From an uncultured Bacteroidales bacterium (GTDB lineage: Bacteria; Bacteroidota; Bacteroidia; Bacteroidales; VadinHA17): a stretch of 64,000 nucleotides of DNA. The DNA lies in NCBI GenBank assembly GCA_963825165.1, contig CAWGRY010000003.1:129605-193604 (forward strand), read 5' to 3'. Under the pieces are notes generated by a model. It did no database searches, had not been told where the DNA came from, and saw only the letters and a program-made list of their open reading frames with translations. Below are positions 28,525 through 37,818 of the stretch, one piece after another; position 1 is the first letter of the stretch; the number at the start of each line of letters is the position of its first letter. The translations under genes and the position numbers were made by a program.

Positions 28525-29061
28525 TTACTTGTTTTTTTCTTCATCTCTTACAGGGCTGCCCTTTTTGGCGATTACTATCGCACCAATCATTGCGGCCACC
28601 AGCAGCACGGAGATAACTTCAAACGGCAGCACATAACCGTCGTTGCCTGTTCCAAGCAGGCTCTTTCCTATCACATTCATGTTTACCTCGAGGGCAGCAG
28701 CAGTATCAGCGGCAAAAGTATGCTTCAGGATTGTGGTAATGACCACGATGGCCCCTCCAATGACTGCCAGGGCTGTAAAGAGTCCCTTCTTCCACTCAAT
28801 AGGCTCAAACTTATGGCTTATCTGGCTGGTGAGCAGAATTGAAAATATGATCAGCACAACTATACCGCCTGCATACAATGTAAGCTGTACGGCTGCCAGA
28901 AACTGGTAATTAAGCAGGAAGTAAAGGCCGGCAGTGGCTATCAGGACAAAGAGGAGAGAGACCGCTGCACGGAGGATCTTCCGGGTGGTAACCGTCAGCA
29001 CCGAGAAAACGATGATTACAATTGCAAAGACTGCGAACATTATCTGATTGCCTTCCATCAC
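28525..29061 (-). CDS. nuoJ: NADH-quinone oxidoreductase subunit J
   Basis: 178 aa. Assigned from its position between nuoI and nuoK and the motif AAVQLTLYAGGIVVLIIF. Confidence 0.88.
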   Translation of the reverse strand: MMEGNQIMFAVFAIVIIVFSVLTVTTRKILRAAVSLLFVLIATAGLYFLLNYQFLAAVQLTLYAGGIVVLIIFSILLTSQISHKFEPIEWKKGLFTALAVIGGAIVVITTILKHTFAADTAAALEVNMNVIGKSLLGTGNDGYVLPFEVISVLLVAAMIGAIVIAKKGSPVRDEEKNK

Positions 29062-29537
29062 GCGACTCCTTTCTTAAGTTTTGACCCGGGCTGGTTAAGG
29101 ATCTTTGTGAGCTTTTTACGGTCAAATACTGCATGCTCAAACTCCTGTCCGAAAGCAAGTGCCTGCGACGGACATGTCTTGACACACAGCCCGCAGAAGG
29201 TACACATCCCGAGATGATAGATATGTTTGTCAATGATTCTCTGTTTCTTCCCTTCCTCATTTATTACCGAGGCAGAGATGATCTCAATGGAACCGTTGGG
29301 ACAGTTAATCTCACATATACCGCATCCGGTACATTTATGCTCGTTATTTTCATCGTGAGGCATTATGACCTCGCCTTTAAACATGTCAAACATCTTCAGT
29401 TCCCGTCTGTTGTTCGGGTACTGCTGGGTCCATGTTGTTCCCGGCTTGAAGAAATATTTGCCAGTGACGCCTAAACCCTTCAGTAGGGTGATCAGCCCGT
29501 CAAAGATGCTCTTTATATATCTGATAAAACTTTTCAT
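29058..29537 (-). CDS. nuoI: NADH-quinone oxidoreductase subunit I (2x[4Fe-4S])
   Basis: Two ferredoxin motifs, CTGCGICEINCP and CTFCGLCVKTCP. Confidence 0.92.
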   Translation of the reverse strand: MKSFIRYIKSIFDGLITLLKGLGVTGKYFFKPGTTWTQQYPNNRRELKMFDMFKGEVIMPHDENNEHKCTGCGICEINCPNGSIEIISASVINEEGKKQRIIDKHIYHLGMCTFCGLCVKTCPSQALAFGQEFEHAVFDRKKLTKILNQPGSKLKKGVA

Positions 29538-29566
29538 TAGCTTTCTATCAGTATTGGTTCATGTTC

Positions 29567-30655
29567 TTACCAGTGCCATCCGACAAGGACCAGAAATGCC
29601 ATTAACAGGAGATTGAAGATATTAATGGGAAGCAGGAATTTCCACTCCAGTGTGAGCAGCTGGTCTATCCTGAGTCTTGGAAAAGTCCATTTCAGCCACA
29701 TCATGAGAAAGACCACACTGAATGATTTTCCGAGGAACCAGAAGAAAGGAGGGATAAAATCCATCACTCTGTTAAAGGCGTCCCAGCCATACACATGCAA
29801 CGGCATCCAGCCTCCAAGGAACACCGTAGTGGCAATGGCGGCGACAATGAACATATTAATATATTCAGCAAGAAAGAAAAGTGCGAATTTGATTCCTGAA
29901 TATTCTGTATGGTAACCTGCTGTCAGCTCCGACTCGGCTTCGGCGAGGTCAAACGGGCCCCTGTTTGTCTCTGCAGTGCCGGCAACGATATAGATCACGA
30001 AGGCAATCACGGCAGGGATATGCCCCGTGAAGATGAACCATCCCCATCTCTGGGCTTCAATCATCTCCGAGAGCTGCATTGTTCCTGCCAGTACAACCAT
30101 AGTTACAAGCGCCAGTCCTACTGATAGTTCATAACTCACAATCTGTGCACCGCTTCTCATTGCACCAATCAGCGAATACTTGTTGTTGCTTGACCAGCCG
30201 GCCAGCAGGACACCGATGACTCCCATTGAAGATACTGCCATCAGGTAGAAAACACCAATATTAAGGTCTATGGCCTGAAGGCCCTTCGCGAAGGGCAGGG
30301 CTCCGATAGCCATGATCGAAGCAATTATGACAATGAAGGGAGCAAGATTGAATAAGATTTTATCCGCATTCTTGATGGGAACAAGCTCAACAAACAGAAG
30401 CTTTACCAGGTCAGCGACAGTCTGGAACATACCCCCGGGTCCAACCCTGTTCGGGCCAAGGCGGTTCTGCATGAGAGCACATACCTTTCTCTCGGCGATT
30501 ACCAGGAACAAACCCACCAGTGCGAAGAAAATAAGAATCGCTAATCCGATAATTATCATCTCTATTGCTACAGCCCATCCCGGCGACATTGACGCGCGGA
30601 GGCTGCTGTCTATCCACTGGGTGAATGATGTAAAATCGTATATACTAAATTCCAT
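29567..30655 (-). CDS. nuoH: NADH-quinone oxidoreductase subunit H
   Basis: 362 aa with [20 protein letters not shown] and [25 protein letters not shown]. Confidence 0.94.
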   Translation of the reverse strand: MEFSIYDFTSFTQWIDSSLRASMSPGWAVAIEMIIIGLAILIFFALVGLFLVIAERKVCALMQNRLGPNRVGPGGMFQTVADLVKLLFVELVPIKNADKILFNLAPFIVIIASIMAIGALPFAKGLQAIDLNIGVFYLMAVSSMGVIGVLLAGWSSNNKYSLIGAMRSGAQIVSYELSVGLALVTMVVLAGTMQLSEMIEAQRWGWFIFTGHIPAVIAFVIYIVAGTAETNRGPFDLAEAESELTAGYHTEYSGIKFALFFLAEYINMFIVAAIATTVFLGGWMPLHVYGWDAFNRVMDFIPPFFWFLGKSFSVVFLMMWLKWTFPRLRIDQLLTLEWKFLLPINIFNLLLMAFLVLVGWHW

Positions 30656-30677
30656 ATCCGGATTCTGTTACTTTTTT

Positions 30678-31799
30678 CTATCTGTCAAGATCTGGAATGA
30701 CAAGGTCAAGGGAGCCGTTGATGGCTACCAGATCCGCAATCTTGAAACCTTTTGCCAATATGTTAAGCGGGGCAAGATTTACGAAGTTGGGCGATCTGAA
30801 TTTGAGCCTGTACGGATTTTTATTTCCGTCACTCACTATGAACACTCCAAGTTCTCCCCGGGCGGTCTCCACACTCTGCCAGTACTCTCCTTCAGGTAAT
30901 TTTATCACAGGCTTCATCTTCTCGGCATATGGACCCTCAGGTATGTTGTCAATGAGCTGTTCAATGATGTTCATTGACTCCCACATTTCATCCATCCTTA
31001 CCTTGTACCTGTGAAAGGAATCTCCTTCATCATAAAGTATCTCTTTGAATGTCACTTTATTATAGGCGCTGTAAGGATTATGCTTACGTATGTCGCATGA
31101 AAAACCTGCAGCACGGCCGACTGGTCCCGTCAGTCCCCAGGCAATGGCATCCTCCCGGTTTATTTTACCCAGGCCTTTAACACGCTCCTGGAAGATGACA
31201 TTTCCGGTAAGAAGACGGTCATACTCAGGCAAAGTCTTCCGGAAGTATTTTATGAAGTCTTTGGTTCTTTTCTGAAAGTTGGGATGTATGTCATTCATTA
31301 GTCCGCCGGGACAGTTGTAGCTGACAATCAATCTACCGCCGCATGTCTCTTCGAAGATATCCATGACCAGCTCGCGGTCCCTGAGTCCGTAAAAGAAACA
31401 GGTCAGGCCGCCCAGGTCCATCCCGTATGTTGCCCAGAAGAGCTGGTGTGACTGGATCCTTGTCAGCTCGCTGAGTATTGTTCTGATATATTTCACCCTG
31501 TCAGATACCTCAATACCAAGGGCTTTCTCAACTGCGAGGCAGACTGCTTCGTTATTGATGTGTGCCGACAGGTAATCCATCCGGTCCGTAAGGTGGATTA
31601 TCTGGGGGTAGGTGAGGCTTTCGCACATTTTCTCAATACCGCGGTGCACATAACCTATGTGGGGTTCGACATTCAGCACCATCTCGCCCCTGAGCGATAC
31701 CACAAGCCTCAACACACCGTGCGTTGACGGGTGCTGGGGCCCCATGTTTATAATATATTCCTCCTCTTCCAGGGGGATGTTATTTACAGCTTCCTCCAT
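30678..31799 (-). CDS. nuoD: NADH-quinone oxidoreductase subunit D
   Basis: 373 aa with NMGPQHPSTHGVLRL, HIGYVHRGIEK and the C-terminus INGSLDLVIPDLDR. Confidence 0.94.
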   Translation of the reverse strand: MEEAVNNIPLEEEEYIINMGPQHPSTHGVLRLVVSLRGEMVLNVEPHIGYVHRGIEKMCESLTYPQIIHLTDRMDYLSAHINNEAVCLAVEKALGIEVSDRVKYIRTILSELTRIQSHQLFWATYGMDLGGLTCFFYGLRDRELVMDIFEETCGGRLIVSYNCPGGLMNDIHPNFQKRTKDFIKYFRKTLPEYDRLLTGNVIFQERVKGLGKINREDAIAWGLTGPVGRAAGFSCDIRKHNPYSAYNKVTFKEILYDEGDSFHRYKVRMDEMWESMNIIEQLIDNIPEGPYAEKMKPVIKLPEGEYWQSVETARGELGVFIVSDGNKNPYRLKFRSPNFVNLAPLNILAKGFKIADLVAINGSLDLVIPDLDR

Positions 31800-31802
31800 A
31801 AC

Positions 31803-32258
31803 TTATTTGGCAAGAATATTAATGTCGTCCTTATAATCCTTCCTGAGCGGGTAACCCCACGTACTGTCAAGAAAGAGCCGGCGCAGGTCGGGATGTCCCC
31901 TGAACTTTATACCGAGCAGATCAAAGACCTCCCTCTCATGAAAATCAGCTGCCGGCCACAGAGAACAGAGAGAATCAATTTCAGGATTCTCCCTGTCTGA
32001 TACCTTTGTTTTCAGTACGATCATGTGATTGAAAAAAGTCGACCTGAGGTGATAGACCGTTCCCAGCTCTTTGCCCCAGTCCACACCGGTGACGCACACA
32101 AGCATGTCGAACCGGGACTCGTCGTTCTGTTTGAGTGCTGTGGCAGTTGAAACAAGAAGTTCAGGTGGCACGGTAACCTCGACAAATTGCTTCCCCTGGA
32201 CTATTTCAGACCCGGGAGCAAGCAGGGCTGCAGAGGCAGCAAGGTGTACATTATCCAT
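31803..32258 (-). CDS. nuoC: NADH-quinone oxidoreductase subunit C
   Basis: 151 aa with WPAADFHEREVFDLLGIKFRGHPDLRRLFL. Confidence 0.9.
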   Translation of the reverse strand: MDNVHLAASAALLAPGSEIVQGKQFVEVTVPPELLVSTATALKQNDESRFDMLVCVTGVDWGKELGTVYHLRSTFFNHMIVLKTKVSDRENPEIDSLCSLWPAADFHEREVFDLLGIKFRGHPDLRRLFLDSTWGYPLRKDYKDDINILAK

Positions 32259-32265
32259 AGGTGTG

Positions 32266-32847
32266 TTACTTTATGTCGTGTGACTTATTGCGTCGCTTTC
32301 TTGACTTCATGGTCTCTGTATTGATCTTCCTCTGCAGCTGAAGCATTCCGTAAAGAAGAGCCTCCGGACGGGGAGGGCAGCCCGGGACATAAACATCTAC
32401 CGGGATGATATTATCTGCACCCTTAACAACACAGTATGAGTTAAGGAAGAACGGTCCGCCTGATACTGCACAGGCTCCCATTGCCAGCACATACTTGGGC
32501 TCTGACATCTGTTCGTAGAGCAGTTTCAGTACGGGTGCCATCTTGTTGTTTATTGTGCCGGCAATGACAATCAGATCAGCCTGCCGCGGGCTGGCACGGT
32601 ACACTTCCATACCAAAGCGCGCGAAGTCATGCCGCGGGGCACCTGTAGCCATCATCTCGATACCGCAACAGCTGGTGGCAAAGGTCAGCGGCCAGAGTGA
32701 ATTCCTGCGGCCCCAGTTTATTACATCATCTATCGTTGACAGGAATACGTTACCGTCTAATTCCTTCAGTTTGTCAAGGGTTTCGTTATCCCTGAACTCA
32801 TCGTCCCTTATTCCTTTTATTCCCATGTGAGTGCGTGTTTTTTCCAT
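32266..32847 (-). CDS. nuoB: NADH-quinone oxidoreductase subunit B
   Basis: 193 aa with [28 protein letters not shown] and [11 protein letters not shown]. The true start may be the internal Met at 32826, and either start overlaps the nuoA 3' end. Confidence 0.92.
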   Translation of the reverse strand: MEKTRTHMGIKGIRDDEFRDNETLDKLKELDGNVFLSTIDDVINWGRRNSLWPLTFATSCCGIEMMATGAPRHDFARFGMEVYRASPRQADLIVIAGTINNKMAPVLKLLYEQMSEPKYVLAMGACAVSGGPFFLNSYCVVKGADNIIPVDVYVPGCPPRPEALLYGMLQLQRKINTETMKSRKRRNKSHDIK

Positions 32848-33167
32848 GCATAGGCAAGGCCGAGACCAAGGATGATCATGAAGATCACGATCTCGGCGAA
32901 TGCCACCATTCCAACCTCTTTCATTACCACGGCCCAGGGGAACAGGAAGACGACTTCCGCGTCAAAGACCAGGAAGAGGATGGCGAACAGGTAGTATCCT
33001 ACATTGAACTGCAGCCAGGTAGTCCCTTTCGTCGGGATACCGCATTCATAAGGGTCAAATTTGTTGGGGGCAAAGGATCTCGGAGCCACAATGCCTGAAA
33101 AGATCAGAACAACTCCGACGAAGATGGCCCCAACAAGAAAACAAGTTAACAGGGCTTGATTATCCAT
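32817..33167 (-). CDS. nuoA: NADH-quinone oxidoreductase subunit A
   Basis: 116 aa with YECGIP and [15 protein letters not shown]. Confidence 0.9.
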   Translation of the reverse strand: MDNQALLTCFLVGAIFVGVVLIFSGIVAPRSFAPNKFDPYECGIPTKGTTWLQFNVGYYLFAILFLVFDAEVVFLFPWAVVMKEVGMVAFAEIVIFMIILGLGLAYAWKKHALTWE

Positions 33168-33200
33168 TAATCCAGAATTTTATAATTATTGAAGATCAGT

Positions 33201-33208
33201 CAAAGGTA
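33201..33208 (-). promoter_or_regulatory. -7 promoter box (TAnnTTTG on the minus strand) for the nuo operon
   Basis: The plus strand reads CAAAGGTA, which is TACCTTTG on the minus strand, 34-41 nt upstream of the nuoA start at 33167. Confidence 0.45.
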
Positions 33209-33344
33209 TCCTTATGGGATTTCAGCTGGCTAAAATATAATATTTATCATAACTGTGAAATGAAAAACAGAACAAGGATGAAAATTTACTTCCTTGCCAG
33301 AATCTTTTCGGAAGGGAATGGCCGGCTTTAATGATTCATGCCGG

Positions 33345-34559
33345 TTAAGGCATCAGCAGCATGCAGTCACCGTAGCTCAGGAACCTGTATCCTGCAGTCA
33401 GGGCATGACTATAGATTTCTTTCCATACTTCGCCTGTAAAAGCTGCAACAAGGAGGAGCAGGGTGCTGCCAGGCTGGTGGTAATTGGTCACCATCCCGCT
33501 TATGGCACGGAACCTGTACCCGGGAACAATGATCAACCCGGTTGTGGCTTCCAGAACATCAGTTTTTTTCTGTTCCATCATTCTCATAAGATGATCAATG
33601 GAAGACTCCATGCTAATCCGGGAATCATTATCGTAAGGTTCCCATTGTGCAACGTGCGGGATACCTTCCGCAGGCCATCGTCCTTCCGCGCACTTGATTC
33701 CCAGCCAGTAGAGGCTTTCAAGGGTCCTGACGGTAGTGGTGCCCACAGCGGTGATGTTTCGTCCTCTCAGCGCATGTAAAGTATCCCTGGTGACAAAGAA
33801 ATGCTCCGTATGCATAGGGTGATCATAAATCATCTCAGATTTGACCGGTCTGAATGTTCCGGCGCTGACATGCAGCGTTATTTCAGCAATCCCGATACCT
33901 TTATCTGTCAGAGCCTGCAGGACAGAGGGAGTAAAATGAAGCCCTGCTGTCGGAGCGGCGACAGATCCGTTTATGCGGGCATAGACGGTTTGATAGGTCA
34001 CAGCATCGCATTCCTCATCATTTCTTCCAAGGTAGGGAGGGATGGGAACATGCCCCAACGTTTCAAGCACTTCACCGAAAGATACCTGGTCATCTTCCCA
34101 TGAAAACCTGACCGTGAATGTGTCGCCGTCAGCTTCCAGTTTTTCCGCAAATAGGATTTTGGCTGACTCTTCATGAATGAACGGTGCCCGGAGGATGCCC
34201 GCCTTCCATCTTTTCAGATTGCCGATGAGACACTTCCATACGACAGGGCCGGCACTGGCAAGATTTTGTGAAAAGTCGCGCGGTTCATGCGGCTCAAGAC
34301 AAAAGATCTCAATTGCCGCACCGCTCTCCTTCGTGAAAAGAAGCCGTGCCCTGATGACCCTTGTATTATTGAAAACGAGAAGGTTATCGCTGTCAAGCAA
34401 GGCGGGCAGCTCTTTGAATACCCTGTCTGAAATACTTTTTCCGTCCCATACCAGAAGCTTTGATGCGTCCCTCTCAGGCAAAGGATATCTGGCTATTCTC
34501 TCCTGGGGCAGATCATACCTGTACTCGTCTATCCTTATATCTCCCGGATGGTTCTTCAC
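33345..34559 (-). CDS. queA: S-adenosylmethionine:tRNA ribosyltransferase-isomerase
   Basis: 404 aa with YDLPQERIARYPL, RDASKLLV, VAAPTAGLHFT, VTLHVSAGTFRPV, VGTTTVRTLES and NYHQPGSTLLLLV. Confidence 0.94.
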   Translation of the reverse strand: MKNHPGDIRIDEYRYDLPQERIARYPLPERDASKLLVWDGKSISDRVFKELPALLDSDNLLVFNNTRVIRARLLFTKESGAAIEIFCLEPHEPRDFSQNLASAGPVVWKCLIGNLKRWKAGILRAPFIHEESAKILFAEKLEADGDTFTVRFSWEDDQVSFGEVLETLGHVPIPPYLGRNDEECDAVTYQTVYARINGSVAAPTAGLHFTPSVLQALTDKGIGIAEITLHVSAGTFRPVKSEMIYDHPMHTEHFFVTRDTLHALRGRNITAVGTTTVRTLESLYWLGIKCAEGRWPAEGIPHVAQWEPYDNDSRISMESSIDHLMRMMEQKKTDVLEATTGLIIVPGYRFRAISGMVTNYHQPGSTLLLLVAAFTGEVWKEIYSHALTAGYRFLSYGDCMLLMP

Positions 34560-34586
34560 TGGTTACTGATTGCGGCCAAAATTAGC

Positions 34587-34594
34587 TATTTTTG
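34587..34594 (+). promoter_or_regulatory. -7 promoter box TAnnTTTG for the smr-domain gene
   Basis: TATTTTTG lies 21 nt upstream of ATG 34615 and inside the TTG-started extension of the ORF, which argues for the ATG start. Confidence 0.45.
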
Positions 34595-34614
34595 ATAATT
34601 ATCTGAGACATGTG

Positions 34615-34914
34615 ATGCCTGATAAACCTTCGACAAGAAAACAACCCAGGATTGTTGACCTGCACCTGAAACCCGGGTACAACCAGGGCGATGCTATTGA
34701 CAGGCAGCTTGCCCGGTTCAGGGGAGAGCTGGACAGCGCCATAGGAGCAGGAGCCGCTGAGATTGTTTTTATACATGGTGTCGGCATCGGCCGGCTTAAG
34801 GATGAGATAAGGCGGATCATTGCAGAGGATTACCCTTCCTGCAGCAGCCAGGATGCCCCGTTCAGCCGTTTCGGTGTCGGCGGTGCGACGTTAATTGTCA
34901 TTAAACAACGATAG
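34615..34914 (+). CDS. Smr (MutS2-related small) domain protein
   Basis: IVDLHLKPG...AIDRQLARFRGELDSAIGAGAAEIVFIHGVGIGRLKDEIRRII is the Smr-domain pattern (DLHG-like start, hGxG core). Confidence 0.75.
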   Translation: MPDKPSTRKQPRIVDLHLKPGYNQGDAIDRQLARFRGELDSAIGAGAAEIVFIHGVGIGRLKDEIRRIIAEDYPSCSSQDAPFSRFGVGGATLIVIKQR

Positions 34915-34926
34915 AAACAGGTCGCA

Positions 34927-34949
34927 GGGACAGGTCTCAGACCTGTCTC
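34927..34949. repeat. palindromic hairpin element (copy 1), upstream of rnpB
   Basis: GGGACAGGTC-TCA-GACCTGTCTCC forms a 10-11 bp stem. The 19-nt core CAGGTCTCAGACCTGTCTC is identical to 35462-35480. Confidence 0.85.
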
Positions 34950-35002
34950 CCCTTCAGACCGCAAATGATTTGCCGCATGGCCGGAATTCCCGTGAAATAT
35001 AG

Positions 35003-35010
35003 TATTTTTG
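35003..35010 (+). promoter_or_regulatory. -7 promoter box TAnnTTTG for rnpB
   Basis: TATTTTTG ends 6 nt before the proposed P1 5' strand (35017). Confidence 0.5.
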
Positions 35011-35014
35011 CATC

Positions 35015-35391
35015 CTGGCAGGCCGTTTCGTCGCCCCTGGCCGCAAGGCCGGGAGAGGAAAGTCCGGGCAACAGAGAGCACCATCCTTCCTAACGGGAAG
35101 ATATCCGAAAGGGTATAGCAGTGTAACAGAGAATGACAGCCGCGCTCCAGGGCGGGGAATTGGTGAAAAGGTGAGGTAAAGGCTCACCGGTCCCGGTGGT
35201 GACACCGGGAGCCGTACACCTGATGGGTTGAAAGACCATGTATACCGGCGTTTAAGGGCTGCTCGCCCGAGCCGGGGGGTGGGTCGTATGAGCCCGCAAG
35301 CAATTGCGGGACAAGATAAATGACGAGACAGATGCCCAATCCTCTTGCAGGATGCCGCATCAAGACAGAATCCGGCTTACAGGCCTGCCTA
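35015..35391 (+). ncRNA. rnpB: RNase P RNA, bacterial type A
   Basis: Universally conserved GAGGAAAGTCCGGGC lies at 35054-35068. GGTGAAAAGGTGAGGTAAAGGCTCACCGG matches the P10-12 region, and ACAGAATCCGGCTTAC lies at 35365-35380. P1 pairs GGCAGGCC (35017-24) with GGCCTGCC (35382-89). Ends are approximate (+/-5 nt). Confidence 0.93.
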
Positions 35392-35400
35392 TGAAATAAA

Positions 35401-35430
35401 AATGCCACCCGATCAGGATGGCATTTTTAT
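35401..35430 (+). terminator. Rho-independent terminator after rnpB
   Basis: ATGCCACCC-GATCA-GGATGGCAT forms a stem with one mismatch, followed by TTTTTAT. Confidence 0.7.
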
Positions 35431-35457
35431 ATATACCAATTGGTTTTGTGTAACACT

Positions 35458-35480
35458 GAGGCAGGTCTCAGACCTGTCTC
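35458..35480. repeat. palindromic hairpin element (copy 2), downstream of rnpB and of the convergent gene 35497..36201
   Basis: GAGGCAGGTC-TCA-GACCTGTCTC has the same 19-nt core as copy 1. Confidence 0.85.
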
Positions 35481-35496
35481 TGCATAATACGAAAGA

Positions 35497-36201
35497 TTAA
35501 TTGATTTTGAATACAGAATTGTCCATGGGTTTGTCAATCTCGACCTTTGTGAAGGTCATGCCTCCAAGCTCCATCCCGTTGACCATCTGCTTAATGACCT
35601 TTGCAAACTTGACACCGTTGATGTCCATATATTCCGTAATAAATGACTCAACCTCCATCTCCTGACCCATCTGGTTCACCTTGGCGGTGGTTTTCACAGT
35701 CAGGAAGCTCTCCTTGTCTATGAAAGATCCTGTGACTGTTCCGGCTTCGTCAGTGACGGAAAGCTTGTAGGCTGGTTTACCGTTGACATCTTCCACACCA
35801 TCCAGCTTCACCCTGCCTGCTTTGAAATTATCAAGCATATGGTCGCGGAACATGTTGTAATCCTGTACACTTGCAAGCTGCTCGGCTGGTATCTCGACAG
35901 GATCAGTGTTGCCGCTGAGAGGATTAATCATATAACCCTTCTCCCCGTCATAGGCTGTGACTATGTCCATTCCGCTGAAGGAAATTACTACCTTCACCAA
36001 GTTTGGTTTCTTAACACTGATGATGATCGGCATATCAGTGCCCATCTGGCTTACATTACCCTCAATATACAGGGTTGAAGCTTTCTCCAGTATCTCTGTT
36101 CCGTTGGCTGCATAGTACTTGTTAATGATCTCGTCCAGCGTCTGGGCACTGCAGACCGATGCCACTAATAAAGCCGGTAAGAGAATGAATAATTTTTTCA
36201 T
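35497..36201 (-). CDS. secreted protein, possibly LolA-like outer-membrane lipoprotein-sorting fold
   Basis: 234 aa with signal peptide MKKLFILLPALLVASVCSAQ. The beta-rich sequence resembles proteins annotated as outer membrane lipoprotein-sorting protein, so the functional call is weak. Confidence 0.5.
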   Translation of the reverse strand: MKKLFILLPALLVASVCSAQTLDEIINKYYAANGTEILEKASTLYIEGNVSQMGTDMPIIISVKKPNLVKVVISFSGMDIVTAYDGEKGYMINPLSGNTDPVEIPAEQLASVQDYNMFRDHMLDNFKAGRVKLDGVEDVNGKPAYKLSVTDEAGTVTGSFIDKESFLTVKTTAKVNQMGQEMEVESFITEYMDINGVKFAKVIKQMVNGMELGGMTFTKVEIDKPMDNSVFKIN

Positions 36202-36329
36202 AATGTTTTGTTTATTAATTAATTAATATATCTTATTTGTAGTTTTTATTAATGTGAATTAAAAAGCAGCTCCTAAGCCAAAACAATGCCAGACCTTCTG
36301 ACTTTCATGCTCTAAATTTAGTAATAAAA

Positions 36330-37661
36330 CTATTTGCCTCCAAGCTTATATTTATAAATTTCATGCCACCGGGCGGCAAGCTGCTTTCGTATCTCATGCT
36401 CGCGAGGGTTAGATCCCGGCTCGTAAAAAACCGTCCCTGAAATTTCTTCAGGAAGGTAATTGTCAACGATAAAATTTCCATCAAATTCATGGGCATATTT
36501 GTAGCCCTTATGATAGCCAAGATCCTTCATCAGCCTTGTGGGAGCATTTCGGAGATGCAGCGGCACAGGCAGATCACCGTGCTCATGAACTGCGCCAATA
36601 GCATTCTCGATGGCCATGTATGAAGCGTTGCTCTTTGGTGAGGTCGCCAGGTAAACAGCCGTTTCGGAGAGGATTATTCTGGATTCCGGCCAGCCTACCA
36701 GATTGACGGCATTGAAGCAAGCCTGTGCCAGCAACAATGCATTTGGATTGGCTATGCCGATATCCTCCGCAGCCAGGATTACCATCCTGCGGGCAATAAA
36801 CTTCACATCCTCACCGCCTTCAACCATGCGTGCCAGCCAGTAGACAGCAGCGTTGGGATCTGAGCCTCTGAGTGATTTAATGAAGGCTGATATGATATCA
36901 TAATGCTGCTCCCCGTTCTTGTCATACAATGCAAGGTTCTGCTGCACATGGCTGAGAACCATCTCATCCGTGATGACAATCTCATCACTGCCTTTCTCCG
37001 CCTCAAGTGAAACAGTAAGCTCAAGAGCATTGTAAAGCTTGCGGGCATCACCGCCACTGATGCGCATCAGCGCCTCGTACTCTTCTACCCGTACCGGGTA
37101 TTGCTTAAGGTAGAAATCGTTTGTAAGCGACTTGTCAACCAGGCCTTTAAGTTCTTCATCACCGAGTGGCTTAAGCACATAAACCTGGCATCTCGAAAGG
37201 AGGGGAGAGATAACTTCGAAGGACGGGTTCTCCGTAGTGGCGCCGATCAGCGTAAGTATCCCCTGTTCAACAGCTCCCAGCAGCGAGTCCTGCTGCGACT
37301 TGTTGAAACGATGTATCTCGTCAATGAAGAGTATCGGATTTGGTTTGCCGAAGAACTGCTGACTCCTTGCCTTCTCGATGGTCTCACGTACCTCCTTCAC
37401 TCCGCTGCTCACGGCGCTGAGCTGGAAGAACGATCTCTCAAGCTTCACCGCCACTATCCGGGCAAGGGTCGTTTTGCCAACTCCTGGAGGGCCCCACAGG
37501 ATAAATGAAGGAACATTGCCTGATTCAATCACCTTCCTCAGAACACCGTCAGGACCAACAAGATGATCCTGACCAACAAATTCATCAAGTGACTTTGGTC
37601 TTAACCTGTCTGCAAGTGGCTGATTTGAAAACATATGGCTCTTCGGCAATTTCTGTTGCAA
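36330..37661 (-). CDS. rarA: replication-associated recombination protein A (AAA+ ATPase)
   Basis: 443 aa with LRPKSLDEFVGQDHL, Walker A LWGPPGVGKTTLA, FIDEIHRFNK and the MgsA C-terminal domain (DIISAFIKSLRGSDPNAAVYWLARM). Confidence 0.94.
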   Translation of the reverse strand: MQQKLPKSHMFSNQPLADRLRPKSLDEFVGQDHLVGPDGVLRKVIESGNVPSFILWGPPGVGKTTLARIVAVKLERSFFQLSAVSSGVKEVRETIEKARSQQFFGKPNPILFIDEIHRFNKSQQDSLLGAVEQGILTLIGATTENPSFEVISPLLSRCQVYVLKPLGDEELKGLVDKSLTNDFYLKQYPVRVEEYEALMRISGGDARKLYNALELTVSLEAEKGSDEIVITDEMVLSHVQQNLALYDKNGEQHYDIISAFIKSLRGSDPNAAVYWLARMVEGGEDVKFIARRMVILAAEDIGIANPNALLLAQACFNAVNLVGWPESRIILSETAVYLATSPKSNASYMAIENAIGAVHEHGDLPVPLHLRNAPTRLMKDLGYHKGYKYAHEFDGNFIVDNYLPEEISGTVFYEPGSNPREHEIRKQLAARWHEIYKYKLGGK

Positions 37662-37818
37662 ATTATCACAAATTCACAAGCAGAGGCATGTCTTATGCCA
37701 TTTTTCAGGAAAATTATTTTCTTTAAATGAAATTAATTAATACTTTTAGCAATTAAATTCCCATAAATTGGTTCTTATTGGAGAAGAAACTAATTTGTGA
37801 CAGGAACTTAGCAAATTT

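Noticed and set aside
22913-33167. Absence of nuoE, nuoF and nuoG interpreted as a deletion or assembly gap
   Set aside because: nuoD is followed directly by nuoH with a 22-nt gap and intact ends. The 11-subunit operon is the known Bacteroidetes arrangement.
34830-35408. Three minus-strand ORFs (84, 83 and 74 aa) between the smr-domain gene and 35497
   Set aside because: They overlap the RNase P RNA gene, which is identified on the + strand by GAGGAAAGTCCGGGC, ACAGAATCCGGCTTAC and P1 pairing. They are spurious.
37684-37705. Hairpin GGCAT-GTCTT-ATGCC plus a T run upstream of rarA, considered as a terminator or attenuator
   Set aside because: The stem is only 5 bp and no + strand gene ends upstream of it. 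The evidence is too weak to call.
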